A DNA stretch of 64,000 nt, from NCBI GenBank assembly GCA_035281225.1, contig DATEEI010000123.1, positions 99,631 to 163,630 on the forward strand, given 5' to 3'. Within the stretch, counting starts at the first letter, position 1, and each line of letters starts with the position of its first letter. This stretch comes from Vicinamibacterales bacterium. Lineage in GTDB: Bacteria > Acidobacteriota > Vicinamibacteria > Vicinamibacterales > JAMQPK01. The position numbers and the translations under genes were made by a program. Shown here in pieces: positions 24,731 to 37,860 of this stretch. The notes under the pieces are model-generated. The model did not search any database and was not told where the DNA came from. It saw nothing but the letters and a program-made list of their open reading frames with translations.

Positions 24731-27700
24731 TTATTGTAGTCCCGCGAGTTCGGCCAACAAACCGCGCACCTTCGTGAACACGCCTCCGGACGCGTTCGGG
24801 TCTTCCTTCGGCGGCTTCAGAATTTCTTCCTTGGTGAAGCCCGACGTGACCTCGCCGGCCGTGGCCCTGGCCGTCCACCAGCTCGATCCACTGCTCTGCC
24901 GCGCCTTGACCTTCGTGCCGTGAGGCGTCGGTGTCGGGGGCCTGGGAGCTGCGGACCGCAAATCCAGCTTGAGCGTCGCCGGCGGCACAAGGGTCGTATC
25001 TCCCCTGACGCCAATCACCCTGAGGAGTCGCTCCACATTCAGACGTGTCCCATCGGTATCTGGCCGGAATTTGATGACAACCGTTTGAGCCTCGCGGTCG
25101 ATCGACTCGACACCCAGCCTGTCCGCCATGATGCGGATGCGCCCGTATTGCTCGAGATGGTCGACCGGCTCGGGCCACGGGCCGTAGCGGTCGCGCAGCT
25201 CGGTCAGCACCTGATCGAGCTCTGCATCCGACCGCGCGTCGGCGACCTTACGGTAGATCATCAGCCGTTGGTTCATGTCGGGCACGTACGAGTCGTCGAC
25301 CCGCAGGTCGACCCGCAGGTTCACGATCGCCCGCACGTCGTCCACGAGATCCTCGCCCTTGAGCTCGCGCACGGCCTGCTCGAGCAGCTTCATGTACATC
25401 TCGAAGCCGACCGTCTCGATGTGACCGCTCTGCTCACCACCGAGGAGATTTCCCGCGCCGCGAATCTCGAGGTCGAGCGCCGCGACGCGGAACCCGCTGC
25501 CGAGATCGCTGAACTCCCTGATTGCAGCGAGTCGCTTCTTCGCGATCGAAGACAGCGCGGTCTCCGGGGGAATAAGAAGATATGCGTAGGCGGGACGATC
25601 CGACCGCCCGACTCGACCTCGCAGCTGATACAACTGGGACAACCCGTATCGATCGGCGCGATTGATGATAATCGTGTTGACGTTCGGAATATCCAAGCCG
25701 TTTTCGATGATGGTCGTCGCGAGCAGCACATCGAACTGTCTGCTGATGAAGTCGAGCATCGCCTTCTCGAGCTCCGCCTCTCCCATCTGGCCGTGGCCGA
25801 TGACGACCCGCGCTTCCGGTACGAGGCGCTGAATGAGCGCACCGATGGAGAAAATCGACTCCACCCGGTTGTGGACGAAGTAGACCTGTCCGCCGCGCTC
25901 CATCTCGTGCCGAACGGCTCTCGCGATGACGTGCGAATCGAATTTCACGACGTTCGTCTGGATCGACAGTCGATCCTTCGGCGGCGTCTCGATGATCGAC
26001 ATGTCGCGGATTCCAACCAGCGACATGTTGAGCGTCCTTGGAATCGGTGTGGCGCTGAGCGTCAACACGTCGATCTTGCGGCGCATCTGTTTGATGCGCT
26101 CTTTATGGACGACGCCAAACCGCTGCTCCTCGTCTACGACCAGCAGTCCCAGATCCTTGAACTGGATGTCTTTGGACAATAGCCGGTGGGTACCGACGAT
26201 GACATCGACCTTGCCGGCGCCGAGGTCGGAGATGATCTGATCCTGCTCGGCCTTGCTTCGGAATCGACTCACCATGTCGATTTTCACGGGGAACCCGGCG
26301 AACCGCTCGGTGAGCGTCTTCTGATGTTGAAACGCCAGGACCGTGGTCGGAGCAAGGAACGCCACCTGCTTGCCGTCCATCACCGCCTTGAAGGCGGCCC
26401 TCATCGCGACTTCCGTCTTACCGTATCCGACGTCGCCGCACAGGAGTCGATCCATCGGTGTCGATGACTCCATGTCGCGCTTGATGTCGGTGATGGCATT
26501 CACCTGATCGGTGGTGAGGTCCCACTCGAACGCGTCATCGAACTCGCGTTGCCAGTGCGAATCGGGACTGAATGCATGGCCCGGCACCGCCTTGCGTGCG
26601 GCATAGAGCTTGAGCAGCTCTTCCGCCATATCGCGCATGGCCTTCTTGACTCGTGTCTTGGTGCGCTCCCATGAGGTGCCCCCAAGCTTGTCAAGCTGTG
26701 GTTTTGCGGTGCCGCTGTACTTCTGGACGAGGTCGAGCCGCTCGACCGGGACGAAGAGCTTGTCGTCGCCGGCATAGCGCAGCTCCATGAACTCCTGCAT
26801 CGCGTCGCCGACGCCTATTTGCTTGAGCCCGACAAACTGTCCGATGCCGTGATCGACGTGGACGACAAGGTCGTCTACCTTGAGATCGCGCAGGTCCGAG
26901 AGAAACGTTTTTGCAATCGATCGATGCCGGTCGCTGCGCCGTTCGACCTTCGTGCGCTCCTCTTCAAAGACGTCCGCCTCAGCGATGATCTGGAGCCCCG
27001 CTTGTGGAAGTCGAAAGCCCTTCGACAGCTGCCCGACGGTGATGAGGATTGGCAGGTTCAGCAACTCGTCATTCATCACCGGCCGATCGATCAACACGCC
27101 GCGAAGCTCGTACTCGGCGAGCAACTCTGCGGTTCGCTCCGCTCTGCCGTCGGACGCAGCCACGAACAGTACGCTTTCGCCCCGCTCGCGCATCCGTCTG
27201 ACCTCGGCAATCCACTCCTGAATGCGTCCGCGGAACTCCACGGCGGGCTGGCATGCAATGTGGTGCGTGGGGTACGTAGGCGGCGTGGGGGGCGTGGGTA
27301 AGGTAGGACGCGCGGATACGTAGGCCGGGTCTTGTTCGTCAGATCCGGCATCGATCGCCAGTTGCTCCAGACGCGTGGCATGGTTGAGTCGCTCGGCGAT
27401 CTCTTCCCATGGCGTCAGCAATGCGTCAGGGGCGGGTGCGGTGGGGTTCTCTTTTTTCGCTGCCTCAAAGCTCGACTGCACCTGCTCGACCAGTTTTGCC
27501 GCATGGGCTGTGACGTCCTCTTCCTCCCGAACGATAAATCGCAGGTCGCGGTCGTTCGGAAGATAGTCGAAGACGCTCGCTGATCCGGACTTCTCGATCA
27601 GCGGCACGACCGCTGCCTGATCGATGGTGGCGATCGAGCGCTGGGTCGACGGGTCGTATCGGCGGATCGACTCGACGCTGTCCCCCACGAACTCCACGCG

Positions 27701-28306
27701 AATTGGCTTGTCGGCGCCGGCCGGAAACCAGTCGACGATGCCGCCGCGGACGCAGAACTCGCCGTGCTCGTCGACGGGATCCTCACGCGTGAAGCCCGCA
27801 TCGACCAGCAGGTCGCCAAGCGCCACCGGATCGAGGTCCATTCCAGGCTTCAGCTCGATGGCGGCAGCTTCGAGATTGTCGGGAGAGCTCAACCGCGGCA
27901 TCAGCGCCGCTGCCGAAGCAACGAGGACGCGAGCGGTGCCGCTGGCGATCGCATGCAGCGCGGCTGCTCGAGCGGATGCAACGCCGAAATGCGGTGCGAT
28001 GTTCCGATAGGGATCGATCTGGAGCGAGGGAAACGGCTTGACTGCGTCCTCGAGAGCCGTTGTGGACGCTCCTTCCAAAGCGGCCATGAAAAATCGTGTG
28101 TCGAGAGAGAAGCGATCGACGTCTTCATCGGTCGGGACGACGACGACACACAGCGCGCTCTTTCGATGGCTCGCCTGTACGGCGACATAGAACGCTTGAG
28201 CGGACGGCGAGAGCCCGGAGACCCGTGACGCGGAACCGTCCAGTCCGGTTCTGGCTGCGGTGGTCTTGAGAAGCGCTTGGAGGTTAAGGGACGTGGTCGC
28301 CGGCAT
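24731..28306 (-). CDS. mfd: Transcription-repair coupling factor Mfd
   Basis: 1191 aa. Has a CarD-like RNAP-interaction region (VVHVDHGIGQFVGL), a DEAD/DEAH helicase core (LLCGDVGYGKTEVA, VVDEEQRFG) and a TRCF C-terminal domain. Confidence 0.95.
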   Translation of the reverse strand: MPATTSLNLQALLKTTAARTGLDGSASRVSGLSPSAQAFYVAVQASHRKSALCVVVVPTDEDVDRFSLDTRFFMAALEGASTTALEDAVKPFPSLQIDPYRNIAPHFGVASARAAALHAIASGTARVLVASAAALMPRLSSPDNLEAAAIELKPGMDLDPVALGDLLVDAGFTREDPVDEHGEFCVRGGIVDWFPAGADKPIRVEFVGDSVESIRRYDPSTQRSIATIDQAAVVPLIEKSGSASVFDYLPNDRDLRFIVREEEDVTAHAAKLVEQVQSSFEAAKKENPTAPAPDALLTPWEEIAERLNHATRLEQLAIDAGSDEQDPAYVSARPTLPTPPTPPTYPTHHIACQPAVEFRGRIQEWIAEVRRMRERGESVLFVAASDGRAERTAELLAEYELRGVLIDRPVMNDELLNLPILITVGQLSKGFRLPQAGLQIIAEADVFEEERTKVERRSDRHRSIAKTFLSDLRDLKVDDLVVHVDHGIGQFVGLKQIGVGDAMQEFMELRYAGDDKLFVPVERLDLVQKYSGTAKPQLDKLGGTSWERTKTRVKKAMRDMAEELLKLYAARKAVPGHAFSPDSHWQREFDDAFEWDLTTDQVNAITDIKRDMESSTPMDRLLCGDVGYGKTEVAMRAAFKAVMDGKQVAFLAPTTVLAFQHQKTLTERFAGFPVKIDMVSRFRSKAEQDQIISDLGAGKVDVIVGTHRLLSKDIQFKDLGLLVVDEEQRFGVVHKERIKQMRRKIDVLTLSATPIPRTLNMSLVGIRDMSIIETPPKDRLSIQTNVVKFDSHVIARAVRHEMERGGQVYFVHNRVESIFSIGALIQRLVPEARVVIGHGQMGEAELEKAMLDFISRQFDVLLATTIIENGLDIPNVNTIIINRADRYGLSQLYQLRGRVGRSDRPAYAYLLIPPETALSSIAKKRLAAIREFSDLGSGFRVAALDLEIRGAGNLLGGEQSGHIETVGFEMYMKLLEQAVRELKGEDLVDDVRAIVNLRVDLRVDDSYVPDMNQRLMIYRKVADARSDAELDQVLTELRDRYGPWPEPVDHLEQYGRIRIMADRLGVESIDREAQTVVIKFRPDTDGTRLNVERLLRVIGVRGDTTLVPPATLKLDLRSAAPRPPTPTPHGTKVKARQSSGSSWWTARATAGEVTSGFTKEEILKPPKEDPNASGGVFTKVRGLLAELAGLQ
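27283..27349. repeat. Intragenic copy of the GC-rich palindromic element family (inside the mfd linker)
   Basis: TACGTAGGCGGCG at 27283, and TACGTAGGCCGGGTCTTGTTCGTCAGATCCGGC at 27317-27349. The 18-mer GTAGGCCGGGTCTTGTTC is identical to 29291-29308. Confidence 0.6.
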
Positions 28307-28772
28307 TGCGTATCTTTCGTATTATCGCCGACGTTGAATAGCCTTCCGCGAGCGGGATCCGGGAGACGCGGCCACCGCGCGCCTCGACCACATCGCGACC
28401 GATGATGGACTCGAGCTCCCAATCGGCACCCTTCACCAGCACGTCAGGTCTCAGCCGGCTGATGATCATCCGCGGGTCGTCCTCGTCGAACACTACTACC
28501 GCATCCACGCATCCGAGCGCGGCGATCACTTCTGCTCTTTCGACGTCGGGCACGAGGGGCCTGGACGGTCCCTTGATCGCCCGTACCGATCGATCTGAAT
28601 TGACGGCCACAATCAGGACATCGCCTTCGCGCCGGGCCTCCTGCAGGTATCGAACGTGGCCAGGATGGAGCAGGTCGAACACCCCGTTCGTAAACACGAC
28701 GTGTCTGCCCACATGCCGCAGCTGCTCGACGAACGCGACGGCCTCAGCAACCGACATGACCTTCTGCCGCAT
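28284..28772 (-). CDS. hldC: D-glycero-beta-D-manno-heptose-1-phosphate adenylyltransferase (RfaE domain II type cytidylyltransferase fold)
   Basis: VVFTNGVFDLLHPGHVRYLQEAR..GDVLIVAVNSDRSVRAIKGPSRPL...VVVFDEDDP...LVKGADW. Start taken at ATG 28772, just after the wzt stop. Confidence 0.8.
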   Translation of the reverse strand: MRQKVMSVAEAVAFVEQLRHVGRHVVFTNGVFDLLHPGHVRYLQEARREGDVLIVAVNSDRSVRAIKGPSRPLVPDVERAEVIAALGCVDAVVVFDEDDPRMIISRLRPDVLVKGADWELESIIGRDVVEARGGRVSRIPLAEGYSTSAIIRKIRNAGDHVP

Positions 28773-28780
28773 GGCTGTGG

Positions 28781-30166
28781 CTAGATCTTCTTGAGTTTGA
28801 CGGTGGGCGAGAACGTCCACGTGTGGCGCGGGCGGTAGATGCCGACTTCTTTTGTGCGCGTCTTCACGCGAAACGTGTAGAGCAGGCGGTGATAGTCGTA
28901 GGGATACCCGTCGCGCTTGTGGACCGCGACATCCAACTTGTAGGTGCCCTCGACGAGATCGAGGCTCTCGATGTTGAGAGCGACTTCCCCGTCGCCGCTG
29001 ATCTCGTCAGACTTGTAATCCTCCAGCTGCGTGTTCGTGCCGTAGCAGGTCACGCCGTCGGCGCTGTACAACCCGATGCCGAATACGAAGTCATTGTTTG
29101 GCTCGTGCGCACGCACGGCCAGGTGGATGGACACACGCTCGCCCGACTGGAAAATATGGGAAACTTCGCCGCTTTCGCCCTTGAGTATCACTCCCGTGAT
29201 CTCGATTTCGCGCGATCCCCAGCGTCCCTCGACAGCGCGCGTCATGTCCTCGACGTAGGAAGGTTCCTCGGCCAAGGCGGCCTCTGGTGTGTAGGCCGGG
29301 TCTTGTTCTGTAGACCCGGCGGCGGGTCCGATAGGACCCGCCCTACGTACGTCTTCTTCGGGCGAACCGTCCGTCAGATCGTGAGCGCGCGCTTCCGCTT
29401 TCGCCAGCTCGCGCTCTTCGCTGCGCTCGACGTCAATCAGATAGGCACCCACGACCCGCTTCGGATCGCCTGCGCCCCGCACTTTCCCACCGTCGAGCCA
29501 GAGCGCCTCGTCACAGAAGCGCTCGACAAGGCTGAGCGCGTGGGTGACCAGCAGAATCGTCTTGCCGCGGCGCTTGAACTCGCCGAACTTGTCGAGGCAC
29601 TTGTGCGTGAATCCTTCGTCGCCGACAGCGAGCACCTCATCGACCAGCAGAACATCCGGATCGACGTGAATCGCCACGGCAAACCCAAGGCGCATGTACA
29701 TGCCCGACGAGTACGTTTTGACGGGCGCGTCGATGAATTCCTGCATGTCGGCGAACTCGACGATCTCGTCGAAACGCCGTGCCACCTCTCGTTTTGTGAG
29801 GCCGAGCATGATGCCGTTGATGAAGACGTTCTCGCGGCCTGAGATTTCAGGATGGAAGCCGGCGCCCAGCTCGATGAGCGCGGAGATCCTCCCCCGCACG
29901 CTCACACTTCCCGTCGTCGGCTTGGTGATCCCCGCCACGAGTTTCAATGCCGTGCTCTTGCCGGACCCGTTGCGACCGATGACGCCGTAAGTTTTGCCGG
30001 CCGGGACGTTGAATGAGACCCCCTGCAGCGCCGGGAACGTCTCGTCGGGCTGCAGATCCTGGATGAGGCTGCCCGAGAGCAGCGCGCTCTTCAGCGTCGC
30101 AAACTGCTTCCGCCGCGCGTATCGGCGGTAGATCTTCGTGACGTTGACGACCTCGATCGCATTCAT
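28781..30166 (-). CDS. wzt: Polysaccharide/O-antigen ABC exporter ATP-binding protein with a Wzt-type C-terminal carbohydrate-binding domain
   Basis: Walker A GRNGSGKST, signature YSSGM, Walker B LLVDE. About 150 aa of beta-rich C-terminal domain. The ATG at 30166 overlaps the wzm stop (ATGA). Confidence 0.85.
   Translation of the reverse strand: MNAIEVVNVTKIYRRYARRKQFATLKSALLSGSLIQDLQPDETFPALQGVSFNVPAGKTYGVIGRNGSGKSTALKLVAGITKPTTGSVSVRGRISALIELGAGFHPEISGRENVFINGIMLGLTKREVARRFDEIVEFADMQEFIDAPVKTYSSGMYMRLGFAVAIHVDPDVLLVDEVLAVGDEGFTHKCLDKFGEFKRRGKTILLVTHALSLVERFCDEALWLDGGKVRGAGDPKRVVGAYLIDVERSEERELAKAEARAHDLTDGSPEEDVRRAGPIGPAAGSTEQDPAYTPEAALAEEPSYVEDMTRAVEGRWGSREIEITGVILKGESGEVSHIFQSGERVSIHLAVRAHEPNNDFVFGIGLYSADGVTCYGTNTQLEDYKSDEISGDGEVALNIESLDLVEGTYKLDVAVHKRDGYPYDYHRLLYTFRVKTRTKEVGIYRPRHTWTFSPTVKLKKI
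29291..29352. repeat. Intragenic copy of the GC-rich palindromic element family (inside the wzt linker), with two adjacent hairpins
   Basis: GTAGGCCGGGTC-N10-GACCCGGC, followed by GGCGGGTCC-GATA-GGACCCGCC and then CTACGTACGT. Confidence 0.6.
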
Positions 30167-30960
30167 CAGACTTCCTCTGCAAATGAATCGCGCAGTCGGT
30201 CGAACAGGAAGTACGCAAACAGAAACAGCAGCAGCGATCCGACGCCGAGCCCCAGCAGCCATTTCCGATGATCGAAATCACCAGGGAAGTACAGAATTTG
30301 CTGGTACGAGATCGCGAGATGCGTGAAGGGGTTCAAGTCGAGAAACCGCCGAATCTTGACGGGCGCGAATTTCCAGTAGTAGATGATTGGCGTCGCGAAG
30401 AACCACAGCGTCATCACATTGCCAAGAATGTCCTTGATGTCGCGGAAGTGCACGGTCAACGCCGACAGAATCAGCGCGAGCGCGACGCTCAGCAGGAGCT
30501 GCACGAGCACGACAACCGGAAACCACACCAGCTCCGAGGTCTGGAGCGGGGCATCGAAGTAGATCAGGAAGGCAACGAGAATCGGCAGACCAAAGAGAAA
30601 ATGCACGAGGTTCGCCAGGACGGTGACGATCGGCAGGATCTCTGCGGGGAACATGACTTTCTTGATGAGGTTCCCGCCGGAAATGAGGATGTTCGACGAC
30701 TCGACGAGCGACGCCTGGAACCAGGTCCATGGAAGGAGCCCGCAGAACAGGAACAGCGCGAAATTGGGAATCTCCTTCAGCTGCGCCGGCGGCATCACGT
30801 ACGCGAAGACGAACGTGTAGACCATCAGCAGGAGCAGCGGGTTGAAGAACGACCAGAAGAATCCGAGGACGGAGCCGCGATAGCGCGCCTTCAGCTCGCG
30901 GGCGACGAGGCTCTGAATGAGACCCCGGTATCGTGGAAGTTGGCGGAGATTTTCGAACAA
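30166..30960 (-). CDS. wzm: ABC-2 type polysaccharide exporter permease
   Basis: 264 aa with six hydrophobic segments. The N-terminus YRGLIQSLVARELKARYRGSVLGFFW is typical of ABC-2 Wzm/TagG permeases. Confidence 0.85.
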   Translation of the reverse strand: MFENLRQLPRYRGLIQSLVARELKARYRGSVLGFFWSFFNPLLLLMVYTFVFAYVMPPAQLKEIPNFALFLFCGLLPWTWFQASLVESSNILISGGNLIKKVMFPAEILPIVTVLANLVHFLFGLPILVAFLIYFDAPLQTSELVWFPVVVLVQLLLSVALALILSALTVHFRDIKDILGNVMTLWFFATPIIYYWKFAPVKIRRFLDLNPFTHLAISYQQILYFPGDFDHRKWLLGLGVGSLLLFLFAYFLFDRLRDSFAEEV

Positions 30961-30973
30961 GCCGACAGCTATC

Positions 30974-31408
30974 TTAGACCCGAGTGCGCGCTTTGGTGGA
31001 GACCTGGAGCCGAACCAGCGATTTCAGGAGGGCGATGCGAGCCCGCTCGAAATCGATATCCGGCCCTGGCTTGGCGATGCGCTCCTCAGCACGGCGCTTG
31101 GCCTGCTCGGCCCGCGCGACGTCGATCTCATCAGGCCGCTCCGCCAGTTGCGCCAGTATGGTGACCCGATCGGGCAGGACTTCGGCAAAGCCGAACGCAA
31201 TCGACAGATAGAACTTCTCACTGCCCTTCCGGTACCACAACTCGCCAACCTGCAGCGTCGCCAGGAGCGGAGTGTGGCCCGGCAGCACGCCGAAGTAGCC
31301 TTCGGCCCCCGGGATCTCGACTTCGTCGACCTGCTCGGTGACGACCGAGCGATCGGGCGTGACGATTTGCAGCGTCAGATGCGTCGGCAGTGCCGGTATC
31401 TCGGCCAT
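30974..31408 (-). CDS. atpC: F1 ATP synthase epsilon subunit
   Basis: LQIVTPDRSV...VEIPGAEGYFGVLPGHTPLL is epsilon-like. Adjacent to atpD. Confidence 0.9.
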   Translation of the reverse strand: MAEIPALPTHLTLQIVTPDRSVVTEQVDEVEIPGAEGYFGVLPGHTPLLATLQVGELWYRKGSEKFYLSIAFGFAEVLPDRVTILAQLAERPDEIDVARAEQAKRRAEERIAKPGPDIDFERARIALLKSLVRLQVSTKARTRV

Positions 31409-32990
<1,582 letters not shown>

Positions 32991-33872
32991 TTATTTCGCT
33001 GCGGCGGCGCCCGAAACCACTTCGATAATCTCTCGGGTAATCGCCGCCTGACGAACCTTATTCATGTAAAGGGTGAGCGTGTCGATGATCTCGCCGGAGT
33101 TCTTCGACGCCGCGTCCATCGCCGTCATGCGCGCCGCGTGCTCGGCCGCGGCCGATTCGAGCAGCGCGCGATAGACCTGAATCTCGATGTGCTTCGGCAG
33201 CAGGTCCGCAAAGATCTCCGCCGGCCCCGGCTCGTAGAGGTAATCGACGTCGCCAGGAACGGGTGCTTGGTTGCCAGACCCGGCATCCTGTTTCGGGATC
33301 GGCAGCAGCTGCTCTGTCGTAACCCGCTGCTGCATGACCGACTTGAACTCGTTGTAAACGAGGAAGACCTTGCCGGCGCGACCGCCGGTGAACTCGTCGA
33401 TTGCCGCCTGCGCAATGCGCTGCGCGTCGGCATATTTCACCTTTTGGAAGATGCCGACCTCTTCGATACGGACCTCGAAACCGCGCCGCTTGAAGAAATC
33501 GCGGCCTTTCCTGCCCACGAGCCCTAGGCAGACCGGCCCCGTGCCGGCCGCGCCGATAAAGCTGCTCGCAGCCTTGATGACGTTCGTATTGAATCCGCCG
33601 CACAGCCCCTTGTCGGCGGTGATGACGATCAGCAGGATTTTCGCGTCAGGTCCCGGCTCGCGCTCCACCAAGAGCGGATGCGTCGACGAATCGACGCGGC
33701 TGGCTACGCTGTTGAGCACGCGCTGCATGTGCAGCGCGAATGGGCGCGCGCCGATGATGCGATCCTGCGCGCGGCGCAGCTTCGAGGCGGAGATCATCTT
33801 CATCGCCTTCGTGATCTGCTGGGTCGATTTCACCGCACGGATGCGGCGCCGAAGGTCAAGCAGTGACGGCAT
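32991..33872 (-). CDS. atpG: F1 ATP synthase gamma subunit
   Basis: MPSLLDLRRRIRAVKSTQQITKAMKMISASKLRRAQ and the C-terminal NKVRQAAITREIIE. Confidence 0.95.
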   Translation of the reverse strand: MPSLLDLRRRIRAVKSTQQITKAMKMISASKLRRAQDRIIGARPFALHMQRVLNSVASRVDSSTHPLLVEREPGPDAKILLIVITADKGLCGGFNTNVIKAASSFIGAAGTGPVCLGLVGRKGRDFFKRRGFEVRIEEVGIFQKVKYADAQRIAQAAIDEFTGGRAGKVFLVYNEFKSVMQQRVTTEQLLPIPKQDAGSGNQAPVPGDVDYLYEPGPAEIFADLLPKHIEIQVYRALLESAAAEHAARMTAMDAASKNSGEIIDTLTLYMNKVRQAAITREIIEVVSGAAAAK

Positions 33873-33875
33873 TGC

Positions 33876-35396
<1,521 letters not shown>

Positions 35397-35404
35397 AGGC
35401 TTTT

Positions 35405-35947
35405 CTATGTCGTCAACCTCTCTCTGATTTTCTTGAGCTGCGTCGCGATGCTGGCGTCGTAGACGGTGCCGCCGATGCGGGCGACGACTCCACCGATGAG
35501 ATCCTTGTTCACGCTGGTCTTCATCGAGACCCGCTTGCCGCTGACGGTCGCGAGCTTCTTCTCGATCGCATCGACTTTCTCTCGCGACAAGGGCTCTGCG
35601 CTGGTCACTTCGGCATGTACCACGTTCTGCCGTTCGGCCAGCATGTCGTGGTAGGTCGCGGAGATCTCGGGAAGCAGGCCAAGCCGATCGCGATCGGCCA
35701 GCAGGACGAGCAGCTTCGACACCGCCGGCATCAGGCCGGATAGCCTCGTAATCTCTTCCATGGCGGCACGCTTGCGCGGAGCGGGCACGGCAGGGTTCAG
35801 CAACAGGCGCTCGAGCGCAACCTGCTGGCGGAGAAACACGTTGAACTCGTCGACCTCCACGGCAATCTTGTCGAGATCGACCGATTCTTTGGTGGCGACG
35901 TCGAGCAGCGCGCGGGCGTATCTGGCGGCGGCCGTACGGCTAGTCAT
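35405..35947 (-). CDS. atpH: F1 ATP synthase delta (OSCP) subunit
   Basis: [12 protein letters not shown] at the N-terminus and [18 protein letters not shown] at the C-terminus. Located first in the atpHAGDC run. Confidence 0.85.
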   Translation of the reverse strand: MTSRTAAARYARALLDVATKESVDLDKIAVEVDEFNVFLRQQVALERLLLNPAVPAPRKRAAMEEITRLSGLMPAVSKLLVLLADRDRLGLLPEISATYHDMLAERQNVVHAEVTSAEPLSREKVDAIEKKLATVSGKRVSMKTSVNKDLIGGVVARIGGTVYDASIATQLKKIRERLTT

Positions 35948-36053
35948 GATTCACAGGAGCGCGACCGTTTTTCGAAGCTTGCGCCGAATTTCACAAGCGC
36001 AAAACAGCCATTTATAGCATAAAAACGCGTAACTAGTGAAAGTTCACGAGCTC

Positions 36054-36911
36054 TCACGTTGTGAGGACCTCGTACAACCGCTGCAGCTCGTCCTCCGACG
36101 TAAAATCTATTTCGATTCTGCCACCTGTTCCCCGCCGGACAATACGAACGCGAGTACCGAGCGCCATCTTCAATTTCTCTTGAGCGGCGCGCGTATGGAC
36201 ATCCGGACCGGGCGCGGTGGTCCGCTCCGTCGGCATCGGGCGCCCGAGACGTTTCACCCGGGCCTCGGTCTCGCGCACGGACAGGTTCTGCGTGATGACC
36301 TCGCGTGCAACCTGCCGCTGCCCGCCTTCATCGTTGATCGCGAGCAGGGCCCGCGCGTGTCCCATTGACAACCGGCCGCCTGCGACCTCGGCCCGAACTT
36401 CCTGCGGCAGCTTGAGCAACCGCAAGTGGTTGGCGACCGAGGAGCGGTCCTTCCCCACTGCCGCAGCGATGGCCTCCTGCGTCATCTTGAAGTCGGTGCT
36501 GAGCTTCTCGTAAGCCGTAGCCTCGTCAATCGGGTTGAGATCCTCGCGCTGGATGTTCTCGATGAGCGCCATCTCGAGGAACTGCGCGTCTTGTCCCTCC
36601 GCGACCTGTTTGACCACCACCGGCACGCGCGTCAATCCCGCGCGTTGAGCGGCGCGCCAGCGGCGCTCCCCCGCGATGATGCGATAGCCGTTGTCGATCT
36701 TCCGCACGATGATGGGCTGGATCACGCCGTTTGCCTTGATGGAGCGCGCCAGCTCGTCGAGGCGCGCATCCTCGAACTGATGGCGCGGTTGGTGCTCGTT
36801 CGGCGAGATCAGATCGACATCGACGTCTGTCGGCGAGGCTCCGGGCCGCACATCCGGCACGTCGGGAATGAGAGCGCTGAGGCCTTTGCCGAGCGCCGGT
36901 CGTTTTTCCAT
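36054..36911 (-). CDS. parB: Chromosome partitioning protein ParB
   Basis: QPRHQF, GVIQPIIVR, IIAGERRWRAAQRAGL and an HTH region. Confidence 0.92.
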   Translation of the reverse strand: MEKRPALGKGLSALIPDVPDVRPGASPTDVDVDLISPNEHQPRHQFEDARLDELARSIKANGVIQPIIVRKIDNGYRIIAGERRWRAAQRAGLTRVPVVVKQVAEGQDAQFLEMALIENIQREDLNPIDEATAYEKLSTDFKMTQEAIAAAVGKDRSSVANHLRLLKLPQEVRAEVAGGRLSMGHARALLAINDEGGQRQVAREVITQNLSVRETEARVKRLGRPMPTERTTAPGPDVHTRAAQEKLKMALGTRVRIVRRGTGGRIEIDFTSEDELQRLYEVLTT

Positions 36912-36945
36912 TACTGCCTCCTACGGAAACCGCTCACTGCAGAGG

Positions 36946-37776
36946 TCACAGAGCTTCGTTCTCCGTGGGCTCTGTCTGCTCTGTGGTTGGAAGCGCGCTC
37001 CCGCGTTGCAAGAATTCCCGTGCGAGAGAGGCATATGCTTCGGCGCCTCTGGATTTCGGGTCGTACACCATCACGGGCAAGCCGTGACTCGGCGCCTCGG
37101 CGAGGCGCACGTTGCGCGGGATGACCGTCCGAAATACTTTCTCTTTGAAAAATTCCCGGACGTTGCTCGCCACCTGAGCGCCCAAGTTCGTGCGTTCATC
37201 GTACATCGTCAACAACACGCCTTCGACGTCGAGCGGGGGATTCAATCCCGCGCGCACGCGCCGCAGAGTCGTCATCAAATCGGCGAGCCCTTCGAGGGCG
37301 AAGTATTCGCAGTGCAGCGGGATGAGCACGGCCTCTGCCGCGACGAGCGCGTTCAGCGTCAGGAGACCGAGCGACGGGGGACAGTCGATGAAGATGTGAT
37401 CGAATCGATCGCGCAGAGGCGTCAGGAATCGGCGCAGTTGAGATTCGCGCCCGGGCAGCGCGACCATCTCGATTTCGGCGCCGGTGAGATTGCGATCGGC
37501 CGGCAGGAGAAAGAGATTGGGGAAGGCGGTCTGCAGAATGAAGTCATCGGGATTGCTCAGCGCGGCACCGTCTGCTGCGGTAAGAAGGCCGTAAACGTTT
37601 CCACCGGGGGCGGTCTGGCCACGGAGTCCGACACCGCTGGTCATGTTGCTCTGAGGGTCGAGGTCAACCAAAAGCACTTTGCGTCCCTCTGCGGCCAGAG
37701 CTGCGGCGAGATTGATCGCGGTCGTGGTCTTCCCCACGCCACCTTTTTGGTTAGCGATGGCCTGTATCTTCTTCAT
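36946..37776 (-). CDS. parA: Chromosome partitioning ATPase ParA/Soj
   Basis: [19 protein letters not shown] is the deviant Walker A. LVDLDPQ is also present. Confidence 0.93.
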   Translation of the reverse strand: MKKIQAIANQKGGVGKTTTAINLAAALAAEGRKVLLVDLDPQSNMTSGVGLRGQTAPGGNVYGLLTAADGAALSNPDDFILQTAFPNLFLLPADRNLTGAEIEMVALPGRESQLRRFLTPLRDRFDHIFIDCPPSLGLLTLNALVAAEAVLIPLHCEYFALEGLADLMTTLRRVRAGLNPPLDVEGVLLTMYDERTNLGAQVASNVREFFKEKVFRTVIPRNVRLAEAPSHGLPVMVYDPKSRGAEAYASLAREFLQRGSALPTTEQTEPTENEAL

Positions 37777-37860
37777 CTACTTATAGTTACTGCTTTAATT
37801 GGTTGATTGACCAATTTAATAATTCATCTGAGTTCTAGTGGCCAGAGGAGGATAACCCAG

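Noticed and set aside
36020-36053. The GTGAAAGTTCAC inverted repeat downstream of parB as a second parS.
   Set aside because: The half-sites are in permuted order relative to TGTTTCAC/GTGAAACA, and only 5-bp arms match.
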